Assembly: GCA_002269645.1 (NCBI GenBank)
Contig: NIVC01003225.1
Location: forward strand, 24,883 to 88,882
DNA from: Macrostomum lignano
Lineage: Eukaryota
Direction of reading: 5' to 3'
Length of the DNA stretch: 64,000 nucleotides
Below are positions 1 through 13,470 of the stretch, in pieces. The notes under the pieces are model-generated. The model worked only from the letters and a program-made list of their open reading frames with translations. It was not told the origin of the DNA and ran no database searches. Within the stretch, counting starts at the first letter, position 1, and every line of letters starts with the position of its first letter. The position numbers and the translations under genes are program-made.

Positions 1-67
1 CCAACAATAGCCCCCCCCCACTTTGAAATATTTTCCGACACTGCTGCTCGAGGTCTCTCTTTAATTC

Positions 68-693
68 TCTCACACTCTCTCCACTCTCACCCTCTCTCCA
101 CTCTCACCCTCTCTCCACTCTCACCCTCTCTCCACTCTCACCCTCCCTCCACTCTCACCCTCCCTCCACTCTCACCCTCTCTCCACTCTCACCCTCTCTC
201 CACTCTCACCCTCTGTCCACTCTCACCATCCCTCTACTCTCACCCTCTCTCCACTTTCAGCCTCTCTTTACTCTCAGCCTCTACTCTCAGTCTCTTTCAA
301 CTCTCACCCTCTCTCCACTTTCAGCCTCTCTTTCAACTCTCACCCTCTCTCTACTCTCACTCTCTCTCCACTCTCACCCTCTCTCCACTCTCACCCTCTC
401 TCCACTCTCACCCTCTCTCCACTCTCACTCTCTCTCCACTCTCACCCTCTCTCCACTCTCACCCTCTCTCCACTCTCACCCTCCCTCTACTCTCACCCTC
501 TCTCCACTTTCAGCCTCTCTTTACTCTCAGCCTCTACTCTCAGTCTCTTTCAACTCTCACCCTCTCTCCACTTTCAGCCTCTCTTTCAACTCTCACCCTC
601 TCTCCACTCTCACTCTCTATCCACTCTCCGAGAAACAATGGGTGAGAAACAGTGGGTGAAACAGTGGGTGAAACAGTGGGTGAAACAGTGGGT
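68..693. repeat. CT-rich ~17-bp minisatellite (ACTCTCACCCTCTCTCC)n followed by about four 12-bp GAAACAGTGGGT units
   Basis: Tandem units visible directly; the 540-764 ORF is a by-product of the repeat. Confidence 0.9.
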
Positions 694-890
694 AAGAAAC
701 GCTCTTCCAAAAATGCCAGAACTCTCATTGGCTGGGCGCTCATCAAATAGCAGTTATCCTCCACTGATACGGCCCCGAATTTGAATTTTCTGTTTATCTA
801 TAATTGTATTAGAATAGCATATCTATACAATAAAAACTGATTATCTGATATCGGAGCTTAAATAGTTTTTGATCAAGAAATATCATTAAA

Positions 891-2749
891 ATGGCAGGTG
901 CATACCCATGTGTAGTGTGTGTACAGCCTGTTGTCAATGGAGAAGAAGCCATTGAGTGCTCGCAGTGTAGCGAATGGCAGCATCGTGCGTGTAACAGTCG
1001 CGTTACACCGGAGCAGTACGCTGCGATGAAACGTGTACGCGAGTTTTTCTGGCTGTGCAACCGATGCCTTAGGCCAACTACAGGTGTGCCTTCATCTGCA
1101 CCCTCAGCTGCCCCAGCAGCTACTGTGCCACCAACCTTTCCAGGATCAGGACCAGGGGTGAGCCTATTGACCTAGAGGAGCCATTGCTTCCAGTCCCTCA
1201 TGTAGAAGTGGAAGAGAGGTTTTTATTTCAGTATCCCGATTTCGCTGACGCTGAACCTGTGCTCGAAGAATCAATTCACGAGCCTCCAGCAGAGTTGGCG
1301 CCGCCTCGTAGCCCACCTCCGCAGGCTTTTGAGCATTTTCCAGGTGCTGGATTCAGCCACGGCAAAGACTTGCTGGTGCAGTACGTCAGGCGTGATCTTG
1401 GCCGCTTGATGCATGTCAAGAGCCGGCGAAACGGCAACACTTACTACCGTTGCAACAAAACTGCACCGAAATGCCTGGGCTCAGCCGTCAAGCGACAAGA
1501 CGGAACCATTGAAGCCTTGAAAGAGCACACCTGCGATCCAGTCGATCAGCCAGTTAAAAAACGACGTATTGCAGCTCAGGTAAAAGCGGAAGCAAAGCGA
1601 GCGCCATTCAAATCTGCTCGCATCATCGCTGAGGAGAAAGTAAGAGAGCTCCCCCAAGAAGTGCAGGCAGTGATTAATATAGATTCCTTAAGTCGCAATG
1701 CTAATTATTCTCGTAAAAAAAGCCGCCCCGCGGAGCCAGCTAACATCCATTTTCAGGTTGATCCCGAGCACGTGCCCCCAGAGTTCCATTTGCAGGACGT
1801 TACTGTGCCAGAGACAAATGGACGGCACTTTGTCTTCATGTCTGCGACACAACGGGAGATCCTGTCCACACGACGCATTCTGCACTGCGATGGCACATTC
1901 GGCATTGTCAAGGCGCCTTTCATGCAGCTGTACAGCCTTCATGGAGCCATTCGCTGCAACAATCAAGAGCGTCTGGTACCACTGGCATTCTTTCTGATGT
2001 CAGGTAAGGCTCAGGCTGACTACCAAGCCTGCTTCCGGCAGGTATGGGAGTTGACTGGTAATGCACCTGTCCAATTTATCTGCGACTTTGAGTCGGCCGC
2101 CTGGCAAGCCATTCGGCTAGTTTATCCAGCAGCCCAAGTTCGTGGCTGCTTTTTTCATTACTGCCAGGCTGTTTTCAGGCGAGTCCAGTCTCTTGGATTG
2201 CAGGTGCAGTATGCGACTTCCCCTGCGGTAAAGTTATTAGTACGCATGCTGCTTTCGATTCCTTGTCTGCCGGCTCCTTGCATGCTAGATGGCCTTGCAG
2301 CCTGCACTGCAATGGCAGGAGAGAATCAGCGCCTTCTAGAGCTAACGGAATACGTGCGTGCAACCTGGCTACAGCACCCTGTGTGGGACCGGGATGCCAT
2401 TTGCGTCTTTGAGCGGTTCACAAGGACGAACAATGCCGTGGAGGCTTGGCACGCGCAGCTCAACAAGCGTGGAGAGAAAGCGCTTAATTTCTATCTTCTG
2501 CTGACCCTGCTTCAGCGTGATGCAGAGCGGGTGCAACGTCTGCTGCAGCAAGTTCATCAAGGCCAAGCTGTCACGCACCACCAGCAAGTACATGCTAGGT
2601 ACGCGCGAGTGAATGTCTGCTTTGAGACATTCTGCCGACACCTGAGAGAGGGCACTATGTCGATTGCAGCATTTCTCCGGGCCTGCAGCCATATTCATGC
2701 GCAACCTGGATGGCAGCAAGAGGGCGAGAATGATGCGCAGCAGAATTGA
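891..2749 (+). pseudogene. Mutator-like (MULE) DDE transposase with N-terminal PHD finger, one frameshift at about 1155-1158
   Basis: 891-1175 has C4HC3 PHD spacing (CVVC...CSQCSEWQHRAC...WLCNRC). 1184-2749 has MULE motifs: LHCDGTF, VPLAFFLM, FICDFESA, GCFFHYCQAV, RTNNAVEAWH. One extra G in the GGGG run joins them as PGGEPIDLEEPLLP. Confidence 0.85.
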
Positions 2750-2864
2750 TCGCGATCTCTCCGTTTTGCCTGATTCAAGTGGAAACTTTTAATAATTAAC
2801 CATTTTACTTAAATCGAGTTATAAATCTCAATTCATTGCTTGCTTAGCAAATAGCTCCCTCATT

Positions 2865-3203
2865 ATCATTTTTCGCACACCATTATATTCTGCACTTTTA
2901 TTTCAGTCCATATGCGGCGCACAGGTAAAGCTATTAATTATTACCCTCTAAATGCCATCATTTTTCGCATGCCATTACATTCTGCACTTTTATTTCAGTC
3001 CATATGCGGCGCACAGGTAAAGCTATTAATTATTACCCTCTAAATGCCATCATTTTTCGCATGCCATTACATTCTGCACTTTTATTTCAGTCCATATGCG
3101 GCGCACAGGTAAAGCTATTAATTATTACCTTCTAAATGCCATCATTTTTCGCATGCCATTACATTCTGCACTTTTATTTCAGTCCATATGCGGCCCACAG
3201 GTA
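2865..3203. repeat. 92-bp tandem repeat, about 3.7 copies, downstream of the MULE ORF
   Basis: ATCATTTTTCGCA recurs at 2865, 2957, 3049 and 3141. Confidence 0.9.
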
Positions 3204-3747
3204 AAAAAGAAAAAATCTGCGTATTCGCTAAATTTGCTTGCATCTTATCCACTGCCCCTCCAGTTTTATTTCACTGCACCCTGCACTTCACTGCACTCAC
3301 TGCAAAAGATTTGGATAGTAACGGATTTTTTACGAGGGGCCGGCGTTAGAGATATAGCTATCAAATATTTCAAAATAGCTGCGGGTATTCAATATAGTGT
3401 GATCAGATTGAATTCAATTAAATTCTGAGCAACGTACGAGGGTATGTGGGCGTGGCATCTACATTGCAGTTGGTGTTCCCATGTGTAATAGTGCAACCAA
3501 GCGAGGTCCCTGGAGCTGGTAAGTTTGGTATATTTTGAAGAGATGTCAGAATTGTCAAAATCAGTATTTATCGATCAGTACCCTTTGAAAAATGCATGAA
3601 CATGTAGCTCACACTGTACCTGTGCAAAGTTGCCGCAGTGCGCGAGAGTAAAGGATATTTGCATTTAAAAATCGGAGGCAAAAGATCAAATGTGTGAAAA
3701 ATTCTGTAATTTATTATAGTGCCTGAAATTCAGAAATGAATTAAAAG

Positions 3748-3860
3748 CGAGAGAGTGAGTGAGTGAGTGAGTGAGTAAGAGAGTGAGAGTGAGAGAGTGT
3801 GTCAGTGTGGGAGTGGGTGTGAAATGAGTGAGACAGAGAGAGTGAGAGTGAGAGAGATTG
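3748..3860. repeat. (GAGT)n/(GA)n microsatellite
   Basis: Direct inspection. Confidence 0.85.
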
Positions 3861-5904
3861 AGATCTCTTAACCCCTCTCCATATATTCTCTCATTACATG
3901 TGCATGTAAATTTACTCTCATCCCCTCCCTTTGCTTTCTCCGAAATTCCCGGCTTTGAGTACACAATGAAATACACACAGTGCTCGTGCTCGTACATTTC
4001 CAGACATGTAACATATCATAGGCATTGGGCCTAAGATGCGCTTTTTCTGTTATGTGAGTGAACGATAGTTGTTAACTTGCTTTCGTCAAAATACATGTAA
4101 ACCTTCGTCAAAATGAATGACACCTCTAAATCCACATACCATAGCACATATCAAGACGCTTAGATTTGTTTGTCCGTAATGCACTACGCACCCAGACGCC
4201 GAATATACGAATGTGCGAGCTCGTAAAAAACTTTTCAAATTACAGCAACCTGCAATTGCATTTTGAGAGGCGCTTTTTGAAAGTGAAGTTAAATCTAATT
4301 ACTCAAGCTTTTGCTCTCAAAAGCATTATTCATGCTCATCTACTGCTAAAAGTAACAATATGTGGTTTTGTTAAAGATATTGGTAAAATTGCCTGGTTGA
4401 CTTGCAATCGTTTTGGGCCACTTATTCGTGACCAATCTTGGGACGCTTCCTCCTCATCTAACTCCACAACCCATCACAACCAATAGCAATGCTGGAAGAT
4501 TAGTAGCTCCCCCTCAATTCCAGTAGCCAGTAAGAGCTGTGGCGGTCTTGGTGTGTGGCGGTCTTGGTCATGCGCCAGTCAAATATTCCCAAAAAAGGTT
4601 TCTATGTTTTTAATGTGTTTGAATTTGAATGCCCCTATAACTAAGGGCTTAATGTGCTAGGCCTAGTGAATACTAAAATACACTCATCATATTTATAGTT
4701 CAATTGAAACTACTACTTAATGCAAATGCACATAATGTGGAAATTTTGAACATTTTAACCTTCAACACATTTTAGCCTACTTGCACTGCCCGCCTTGTTA
4801 TTTTTTTATTAGTTTTTTTTGAAAAAATTGATTTTTTTCAATTGTTTATTTTACAACAGACTATAATCACAAAACTTTTGGCAAAACAAACAGATTTCTT
4901 TCAGCAAATTGACCTTTTTAGCAAATAACAAATTGATTTGCTATTCTACTCATACACTGACTAAACACTGCCAGCTTGCACGCTGGTCTAGTACTCCACA
5001 CAAATTTATTGATCTCTGGGCTTAGGTTCTACTTCTACTTTATGTTATATGAAGTTCCAGAATTTTCAAACAGGCTTCTAAGGCTAGCAATACAACTAAG
5101 TTACTACTTACTAACCATGTTGTTGCCGAGCTGTTGGCCTTGCTGTTGCTCTTAGTGATGTGATAAAAAACAAATAATTATAGGCCCTACTACTGCTACA
5201 TATTTAATATTAAAAATACTACAAAAATTATCAAATATAACTGTATCAAGGCAAGAGGCAACAGACAGATAGACCTCTTTATGGTAATGAAAGTTTTAAC
5301 TTTCGAACAAAGAAATGTAATTTCAATTGTGGAAAATATTTCGTGTAAAAGTAACAATAAAAGCAACAAATCGATATTCACAAAAATTAAACTTTGAGAA
5401 GTATCTGTTGTATAGCAGTTCTACTTATTAACATAGATAATTTCATTTTTCGTTTTGTTATTTTTGTTACGGTAGAGTCTTTACAAAAAAAACCCGTTTA
5501 GCAAAAATTTATTCATTTCAACGACTGCTACTACCTTCTAGGACGTGACTCGTAAGCAAAATGCATAGCGAAGAGCGCAAATACCAAATGAAAACTTCAC
5601 AACGGGTTAAATTTTAATTAAGAGAGTTGATACGTCTGTTCCGTCAATTTGTTGCGGTTAATTTTTCAAATGTAAACTTTCTTAGAACTTCCCGTTAGTC
5701 AATTAACAGAAATAAACAAAAAATCTGATGCGGATATGGTAGGACCCTGTCTGCTGTGGTTCCTGATATCCAGAAGAGAAGTAACTGCAGAGAACTGAAG
5801 AGAACTAAAAATGTTTCTTTAGCAGCAAACAGTTAACAAAACACGCGAAGGCATCATGCTAATTTGAATTGTTGCATGCATGCCTTGCCGACGGATATAC
5901 ATGT

Positions 5905-6775
5905 CACAACAACAACAAAAACAAATTACGCAGCCCCGCAAGCAAAGTCACAAAGCAAGGTGCGTCAGATGGCGCCCCGCAGAGCCTGAGAGCGGACAAA
6001 GTGTCGGTAATGTCGGGCGCCCCAGCGTCGCAGAGCAGGCAGTCCACGTATCGACGGGTTCGGGCCTGACCCCGCCTGAACGGGCTCTGCAAGGTGAGCT
6101 GGACGTCCTGAACAGGTTGGGGGCAGTAGCCCTCGGCCCGGATCACGTGGCCCGCCAGTTGAAGTCGCCGCCGGCGCAGGATGATGAACGGGCGCTGCAG
6201 CTTGGCCCGATCGTAAAGGGCCTCGGTCCCGACGCTCTCGTCAGCTCGCAAGGCCGCACGGAGCAGCCCTGAGTGCGCTGAGTCCAGCTGCCGCTCTGTA
6301 GCGTAGCCGTCAGCGTCCACGTCTCGGCGTTGTAGAACTGGACGGTTTCGACCACCGCCAGCTGCCACAGCCGAGCCCTATGGCGGTCAGGCAGCCCCTT
6401 CAGAGTCCGGACGGCCGTCCACACTGCCGGGCTCTTCACGTCAGGGCTGGCTGCAGTGGTAGACCAGACGGCGTCGTCGACAGCGGCCTGCTGCCGCTCA
6501 TCTAGAAGGCGCTCAAACGCGTCTTCAGCGTCGCCCGTGGGCCGCCGGTTTCTGCGGAGTCGCTCGGTGTTGAGCCGCGCCTGCCTGATGGTCGGGTCGA
6601 TCTGCCAGACGGGCAGCAATTTCTGCGCTGGCTGTCTCTGCGCTGGCGAGACGGTCTGCTCCACAGCGGCTCTAACGGCGGTGCTGATGTCGGAATACTC
6701 CGCCTCGCACTGGTCTCCAAGCGCGCCGACGAAGGCGCCGGCGAATTGACGCTTCACGCGGGTGTCCGACAGAGC
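5905..6775 (-). mobile_element. RTE-like non-LTR retrotransposon remnant, internally deleted
   Basis: C-terminal RT-associated motifs YNAETWTLT and LRRRRLQLAGHVIR; (TTG)n tail at about 5905-5920 on the minus strand; GC-rich island; shares its 3' end (CTGACGCACC..TTGTTGTTG) with 15690-16650. Confidence 0.7.
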
Positions 6776-8200
6776 GCGATAGCTCTAGACATGTAGCTCT
6801 AGATCTACATGTACTTCGTCTGTGAAATGCACATGTATCAGAAACATGTTCTAGAAGTTTTAGAAGTCGAGAATAAGCATATAAAATTACCTTTCCTGCT
6901 TTATAATTATTACTTGCAAACCATGCGAAAGAAAAAACTGCCGCGATTATATACATTTAATTCCCATTTAGTGCATGCCATAGTATAAAAATAACATTGT
7001 CCATCACGTTTACTTAACTTGTTTCTGGCGTAAAATTGGCTTGCAGAAATTATATAGCAGGAATCCAGGGAACGCGCGGCCGAGGAGCCTTGAGTATTTA
7101 ATAATATCGCTGGCTCGGATCAAAGATGGTCTTGGATACGCAGTACTTTAACTTTGAATTTTTCGTGCATGGCTCTTTCAATATTTACATTGTAAACATG
7201 GCTAAGTACAGCGGGATCGAGGGACCAAGACAGGAATCGACGATCGGGGCCTGGGAGAGGCCAGACTATGGGACCAGCTTTGGGTGCACTAGGAGAGACG
7301 TACTGTACATATGTTCTACATTTAATCGATCGGCACACCGTGTCAAGGGACTGCAAACACGGTACACACACTCACAATAAAATACAAATTAAGAGAAACG
7401 CCAAACAGAAAGCAGCCACTTACGCAAAATACATGCGAGCGTACATATAGCACAACAAACCTCGTACGGCGAACAGTAAATCTAGCGCGCGTCGAACCAA
7501 CACGTCACAAATACATATACACAAAATATAGGGACTGAGGTAAAAAGATCGAATACGAGTATGGCGGGATTACGTAACCTTTTCTAAGAAAAAATCGTTT
7601 TTTTAGAAAAAAATTTATATTTCCTTGTTGTCCTATATTGTGAGACGAGGGCGGAGACGTGACCTTTGAGACGAATTCTCAAAATTTACAAAACAAATAC
7701 CATGCCAGTACGTCGACGATATGCAGTTGGCCTATCGACATCGCTGACAAATGGATACACGTACTTTTGCATACACCAGCGTTTGCATAGCGAACGTCGC
7801 CATTCGTCGTGGCACGTCGATAGTACGTCGGCGGACGTCGGATTAGTAAAGGCGGCTTTTTTAATGTTAAAGAATTTATTGTTGGCCCAACATTTAATGC
7901 CTGTGTAAAGTCATGTAGAAAGTTTGATCATTTTAGCGATTTACCAGCTGCATGCCTGCAGCTTCAAAAAGTTACGTCATGTGTGTTATTTATAGCTGCA
8001 TGGATTTCTCGCAGAGAATCCGCAGTTGCTTCCTTTCTACGCCACAGACAAAATTAATTATAAGATAATCCTCACTTGATTTCGTTGTCTATGGCCTAGA
8101 ACGACTTTGGACTGCGCTTCTAGGCCGAGGCGAAGCTTCTAGGCCTCGGCTTCGTCCTTAGCCGTTCCTAGGCCAGAATAAGATCAGAAAAGCTTCAGTT

Positions 8201-9584
8201 GTGTGTAGCTTGGTACCGAATATGGGTGACATCTCTGCTGCTGTCGTTGTTGAAGCCCCGCATATGGAGATTTCGCCGGACCTAGTGGATTTCATCCTGA
8301 AGCCCGGGGATAACGCTGGACCTATTGAAGCCGCTCTCACTGGCCGGTTTGAGCAACTTTCGGAGAATGAAATTGCCAGACACATTGAAGAGACCGTGCC
8401 GAAGACCACCAAGAAAAAGGCGCAGTGGGCCTTTTCCGTCTTCCGCGAGTGGCATGACGAGAAGAAGCGTGCCTGGGCAAATGGGTGAAGGCCCGTCACT
8501 TATGGTTCTCGCTGAGCTGGAGGATGCTAGCAAATGTGACCTGAATTACCTGCTGAAATTTTTTGTTATGGAGGCCCGGAACAAAGATGGTGAGCGCTAC
8601 TCTGCGCCGACGCTGAAGGATCTGTATTCAATGCTACAGTATCACTGGCAAAACACGTTTAAGAAGAATTGGAGCTTCTGGCTTGACAAAGAGTTCGCCG
8701 ACAGTAAACGTGCTCTAGATGCCGCCATGAAAATCTCGACCAAGGCTGGAAAGGGTGCAGGATTGCGGAAGGCAGATGTGATCCCCGAGTCTATTGAAGA
8801 GAAGCTTTGGATCGAAGGTGTGCTTGGAGTGAAGGAACCCAAGATGCTGGTGATCACGCTTGTTTGGCTCGTTGGCAAACATTTTGCATTGCGTGGTGGC
8901 CAGGAGTTACGAGATCTGCTGTTCGATCGCCAAATCAAGCTTGAGACAGTTGACGATGAAGAGTATCTGAAGTATGTGGACAATGCCGTGACCAAAACTC
9001 ATCAGGGCGGCTTACAAGGACTACGAAGGGACCCCAAAGTCGTTCGTACTTTCCACACTGAGAATCACCAAAAATGCATTGTGGGTCTACAAGCAGTACG
9101 TCTCTGTGCGTCCTAATGAGTGCAACGAGGCGCTGTTTCTGGGATGGAATCGAAACTGGAATGGCCAGCCTGGATCTGCCTGGTTGACAAGGGCACCGAT
9201 TGGACGTCATTCATTGGCAACCGTCGTCAAGGACGCCGTGGCCGTGGTTGCTCCCTCTGACACTGGACGCTACTCGAATCAGAGTCTCCGTAAGAGTTGC
9301 ACAACCCGCCTCCGCGAGGCTGGTTGGAACGGGCGGATATCTGCCGTGTGACTGGCCACAGCTCCAGTGCAGTGGAGAAGTACATCGGTACCTCGGTGAC
9401 CATGGAGAAACGCACGAGTGCACTGTTGAGTGGTTCCTCAACCGGCCAACCGGTGAGTGAGTCTCGGGTGACTGCGGCGCAGGTGCAAGTGCCCTTGCCT
9501 CCTCTGGAGGTGCAGGCTCCTACGAAGAAAATGCGCATAGAGGCTTTTGGAGACAGGAACAGAGTGGTGTTCCACTTTAATTAG
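8201..9584 (+). pseudogene. Crypton-like tyrosine recombinase (DUF3504/ZMYM/KCTD1-related), about three frameshifts
   Basis: Four overlapping ORFs reconstruct VPKTTKKKAQWAFSVFREW, FFVMEARNKDGERYSAPTL, HFALRGGQELRDL, TKTHQGG, YSNQSLRKSCTTRL and TGHSSSAVEKY, the R-K-(H)xxR-H-Y layout of this family. Confidence 0.8.
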
Positions 9585-10723
9585 TTTCATCCTCCCTCCT
9601 TCGCTGACTCCCTCTGACGCTCTCTGATACAAGACTGCTTATAACTGTTCGTTGTTAGATTTTTCACTTTCGATCCCCATTTGTTGCTATTCAGTTTAGT
9701 GAAACCGGTCTTGTTTCAAAATTATAACAGCATCTTTGTGTTTCTACCATAGACAATTATTTCTTGGCCTCCAAGAAACGCCTGATGGGAGTCTCAACTC
9801 ATTTGAAAGAGTGTTTTTAGCCATAGACAATTATTTCTTGGAGTCCAAGAAATGAAAATACACAGAGGAGATAGGCAGCTGGCCGGGCCAAAGCGGGGAT
9901 TAAATAGCTATCTACATCCGAGACTGTTAACCAATATTTTCCCAACCCTATATGCTATAAGTTCCGCAAGCAAATATTCAACAACTGACAATGTCGCAGT
10001 ACATGTATTTGGTGCCTGATAGAGGAAAATGCAGTGACTGCAACAATTCAGCAGAATTGCAAGAGATCGAAATTTCCTTGATTAGTGCGCCGGTTCTCGC
10101 AGTCGATGCACTCCAGGTAGCATTCTGTCTCTTGGCTAGCCAATCCGTCGCTAAAAATACTACTAGTTCTTCATCGCCAACTGACCTATCAGACAAGGGT
10201 AAGCTGAACTTCAGTCTATATTTAGCTGTCTGTAGTTACAATTATGGAACCAATTCTTCAGCAGTTTCTTCTGGCTTTCTGCTTGGTTCTGCCTGACATA
10301 TATAGAAAGCCTAAAAATAGACTGATTTTAAAACTTTTGTTTAAATATATATTTAGGAACTATACATCGATCTGGGATTAACCAAAAAGTACTGCTGAGT
10401 CATCGCAGTTCACTCTTCTCTATTATCTTTGCTAAAATTCATCAAAATGCTTCATTTGAGGACTATGACCACGAGAACTGTTCTCCGGGGACAACAATAC
10501 GTTTACAGTGTAGTTCAGTGTCTTACAGTTTACTGGCTCAAAGTTCTATGTCAAGGCTCTGGGTCTCAAGATTCTAGTTATGAATAAATAATTGGTCTCG
10601 GCTTTGGTCTTTAGCCTTTGCGATTGAACATGAACATTACAGTCTTTATGGGTTTGAGAGTCGGTATGCAACAGCCTTTTTTGTCAGTTCCAACGTTCTA
10701 ACAAATTATCAATGCTGTTACCA

Positions 10724-10900
10724 CTGCTGTAGCCTAGTGGTTAGAGCGTCGGACTCACGACTTGAAAGTCGGAGGTTCGATTCCTGATCCCAATGGACCA
10801 ATTTGTGTCCTTGAGGAAGACACTTAACTCTGCATTGCTTCAGTTCACCCAGCTGTAAAATGGGTGCCAGCATTAGCTGGGGTAATTGAGGGTGTGTGGC
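10724..10900 (+). mobile_element. tRNA-derived CORE-SINE
   Basis: Pol III A box (TAGCCTAGTGG) and B box (GGTTCGATTCC, 10774-10784), then TGTGTCCTTGAGGAAGACACTTAACTC...CAGCTGTAAAATGGG, which resembles the MIR/CORE domain. Confidence 0.75.
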
Positions 10901-11394
10901 GACCCCCCCAGTCCTTGGACTGGACAGCAGCACGCAGCCTTCAGATGCGCCGCGCAATAGCTGCGGCTGAGCTGTCGGTTGCACGTACCAGCAACAGATC
11001 GAAAGAGCTGCAGCCTCGGCAGTCAACTGCTGCGCCTACAAGACGTGGCGATCTGTTGAGCGCATTCGCCGCGGCAACGGACGCTCTACGCAGGCACAAG
11101 TCAGCGTGTCCATCGAATGCCTGGAGAGAAACACTCGTTGGCAGGTGGTCAGGCTCAGTGACTGAGAGAGAAAACCGAATTGCGGGTTTGAGAACTTGAC
11201 GATCGGAGATTACGGCGGCCTGAAGTCTAATTTTGCTGCAAAATTGCATTTGGGACACTGGAATTTATTCAGATTTAAGTCGACAATTTATCGACAGCCT
11301 CTGAATTTCCACGAAAAGGCTCATGCATTGAAATTGGCATAGATTTGATTTACGAGCTTGTCAATTTAAATGTCGAAAAAACACAGTTCCCTTC

Positions 11395-11790
11395 TATATT
11401 CGCTCCTCTCTTCCTTCTCTACTCTTCCCTCTTCTCTCCCCTCTCCTCTTTCCTCGCCTCTCTCCCCTCTTCTCTCCCCTCTCTTCTCTCCCTTCTCCCC
11501 CTTCTCCTCTCACCCTTTTTCTGTCCCCTCTCCTCTCTCCCCTCTTCTCTCTCCTCTCCTCTCTCCCCTCTTCTCTCCCTTCTTTTCTCTCCCCCTCTCT
11601 CCTTTCTCTCTTCTCTCCTCTCTTCTCTCCCCTCTCTTCTCACCCCTCTTCTCTTCCCTCTCCTCTCTCCCTTCTTCTCTCTTCTACCCCTTCTTTCTTC
11701 TCTCTCCTTTTTTCTCTTTTATCTTCTCTCCCCTTCTCTCTTCTCTTAACTCTTCTCTCTTCTATCTTTCCTCTCCTTTCCTCTCCTATC
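11395..11790. repeat. CT-rich low-complexity tract
   Basis: Almost pure pyrimidine tract; overlapping S/L/P-rich ORFs are artefacts. Confidence 0.9.
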
Positions 11791-12119
11791 CGGGCCTCAG
11801 CCTTGACCTGCATTCTTTACCCAGTCGAGGTAAAAAATTTCTACCATGCTCTACAAGCAATCAGACTTTTACTAAACTGAAATTTTATAAAGTAACGCCC
11901 TGCTAATTGTCTCGGACTAAGTCAGGACCGCGGAACACATTCGTCAAGAAATTAAGCTTTTTTTCAATTTTTTCATAGATTTCCAGATCCTAGTAGGAAT
12001 TGGATAAAATGTGCAATCTTTGAGGCATTGGCAAACATTTTTCTTCTCAACCATTGAGTTCTCTAGCTGAAATTGCATCCCTTACAAGATGTATACTCAG
12101 CTCATCAAAGAAGCTTGAT

Positions 12120-12510
12120 TTCAAAACTCATGACCGGGAATCGCTAAGACGTCAATGATAATGGGGGAATTGCTGAGATGTCAAGGCTCATGGGGAATTG
12201 CTGATATGTCGAAACTCATGAGGGAGATGCTGAAATTCTGTGGCTCATGGGGCTGCTCAGATGCTTTGAGTTAAAGCTAATATAGTGGATGCTGATGGCT
12301 GAGGCTATATTTAATGACTTTCAGTGTGAATATGTTTTTTAGTTTTAAACATCATTAATTTCCGTAAGAATTAATACTAATGACTGTACAAGGTCAAAAC
12401 CGATGTGAATTTTATGCAAATTACTCGTCTATTTTTTTTCGTTTCTGTGTTGCCTCCCCGAACGGGGGGGGGTTGCGCAAATTGCTAGTCCAGATACTAA
12501 AAATTACCTC
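12120..12510 (+). mobile_element. Helitron-family remnant: 3' end (hairpin + CTAG at 12488) directly followed by another 5' end (TCCAGATACTAAAA)
   Basis: CCCCGAACGGGG hairpin upstream of CTAG. The junction is the reverse complement of those at 51315/57620/61867. Internal GGGAATTGCTGAGATGTCAAG units match the reverse complement of repeats at 51440-51940 and 63120-63520. Confidence 0.65.
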
Positions 12511-13284
12511 TATAATTGAATACATGTAGTTTTCATGTTTGAAAAATTCGTGAAGTTAAAAATAGGAACGAAGTTACTCCGTAATGAGGTTTTCTATCGC
12601 ATTTTTACATTGATGCAGTGGGCGGACAAGGAGGCACTGGCGCACAAATTTCGCTTATTTCGCATGTCTACATGAAAATGTAAACAAAACCTTAGCGTAC
12701 AAATGTTCCTTGAATTTTCGAATCTGGCGTATCTTATGGTGCAATTTGATTAATTTTGGTTTTTGCCGGGATAAAAATAGACAAGTTGGTGCCTTTGCTG
12801 ACAGGCTCAAATTTGTATAAAAGTTGATGGAATTGAGAGATGAAGCCGCCAAATTTAACAACTCACAATCAAGCCAACTGTTAGCAATTAGTGTCTAATA
12901 GGACAAATTCTTTTAGTTAGCTAATCCAAAGATGTGTTCGGTGATTGCGTTTTGCATACTGATTGCCAGCATTACCTGCACCTGCGGGGCCTGCGGCAGT
13001 CGCTTGAAGAAACCGTGCGAAATCAAGAAGGCTGTGGAAACTGCGGCGCCCAGAACACGGTTGCTGCCAAGGGTAAGTTGTTGCTAATTGGCTTTGGTTA
13101 ATTATATCGCTGCTAATTGTATCAGATTAAGTACACAGGCTGTCTATCGGCCAGCCCTGGCTCTCTTTTTGAGTAGAGCAGGGGTCAGCAAACATATTAC
13201 CTCAAAAACCAGTAGAAAATACAGCTTATGGCTGCAGTCTATGGAAAGGAAACTAGAAAGGAAACTAGAAAGGATAAAAGATCA

Positions 13285-13470
13285 GAGGTGAGATGAGAGA
13301 AAATGGGAGAGTAGGGAAGGCAGGGAGGGGAGAGAAGAGGAGAGAGAGAGAAGAGGCGGGGAAAGAGGAGAGGGGAGAGAGGAGAGAGATGAGAAGAGAT
13401 GAAGGGGAGAGACGGGGAGAGAGGAGAGGGGAGAGAGAAGAGCGAGAAAAAGAGAAAGAACTGCATGAGA
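13285..13470. repeat. GA-rich low-complexity tract
   Basis: Direct inspection. Confidence 0.9.

Noticed and set aside
765-3345. TIRs for the MULE (CGGCCCC at ~770 versus GGGGCCG at ~3336)
   Set aside because: Only 7 bp match and no 9-bp TSD.
10724-10800. Functional tRNA gene
   Set aside because: No good acceptor stem, and it runs directly into a CORE-like domain, so it is a SINE head.
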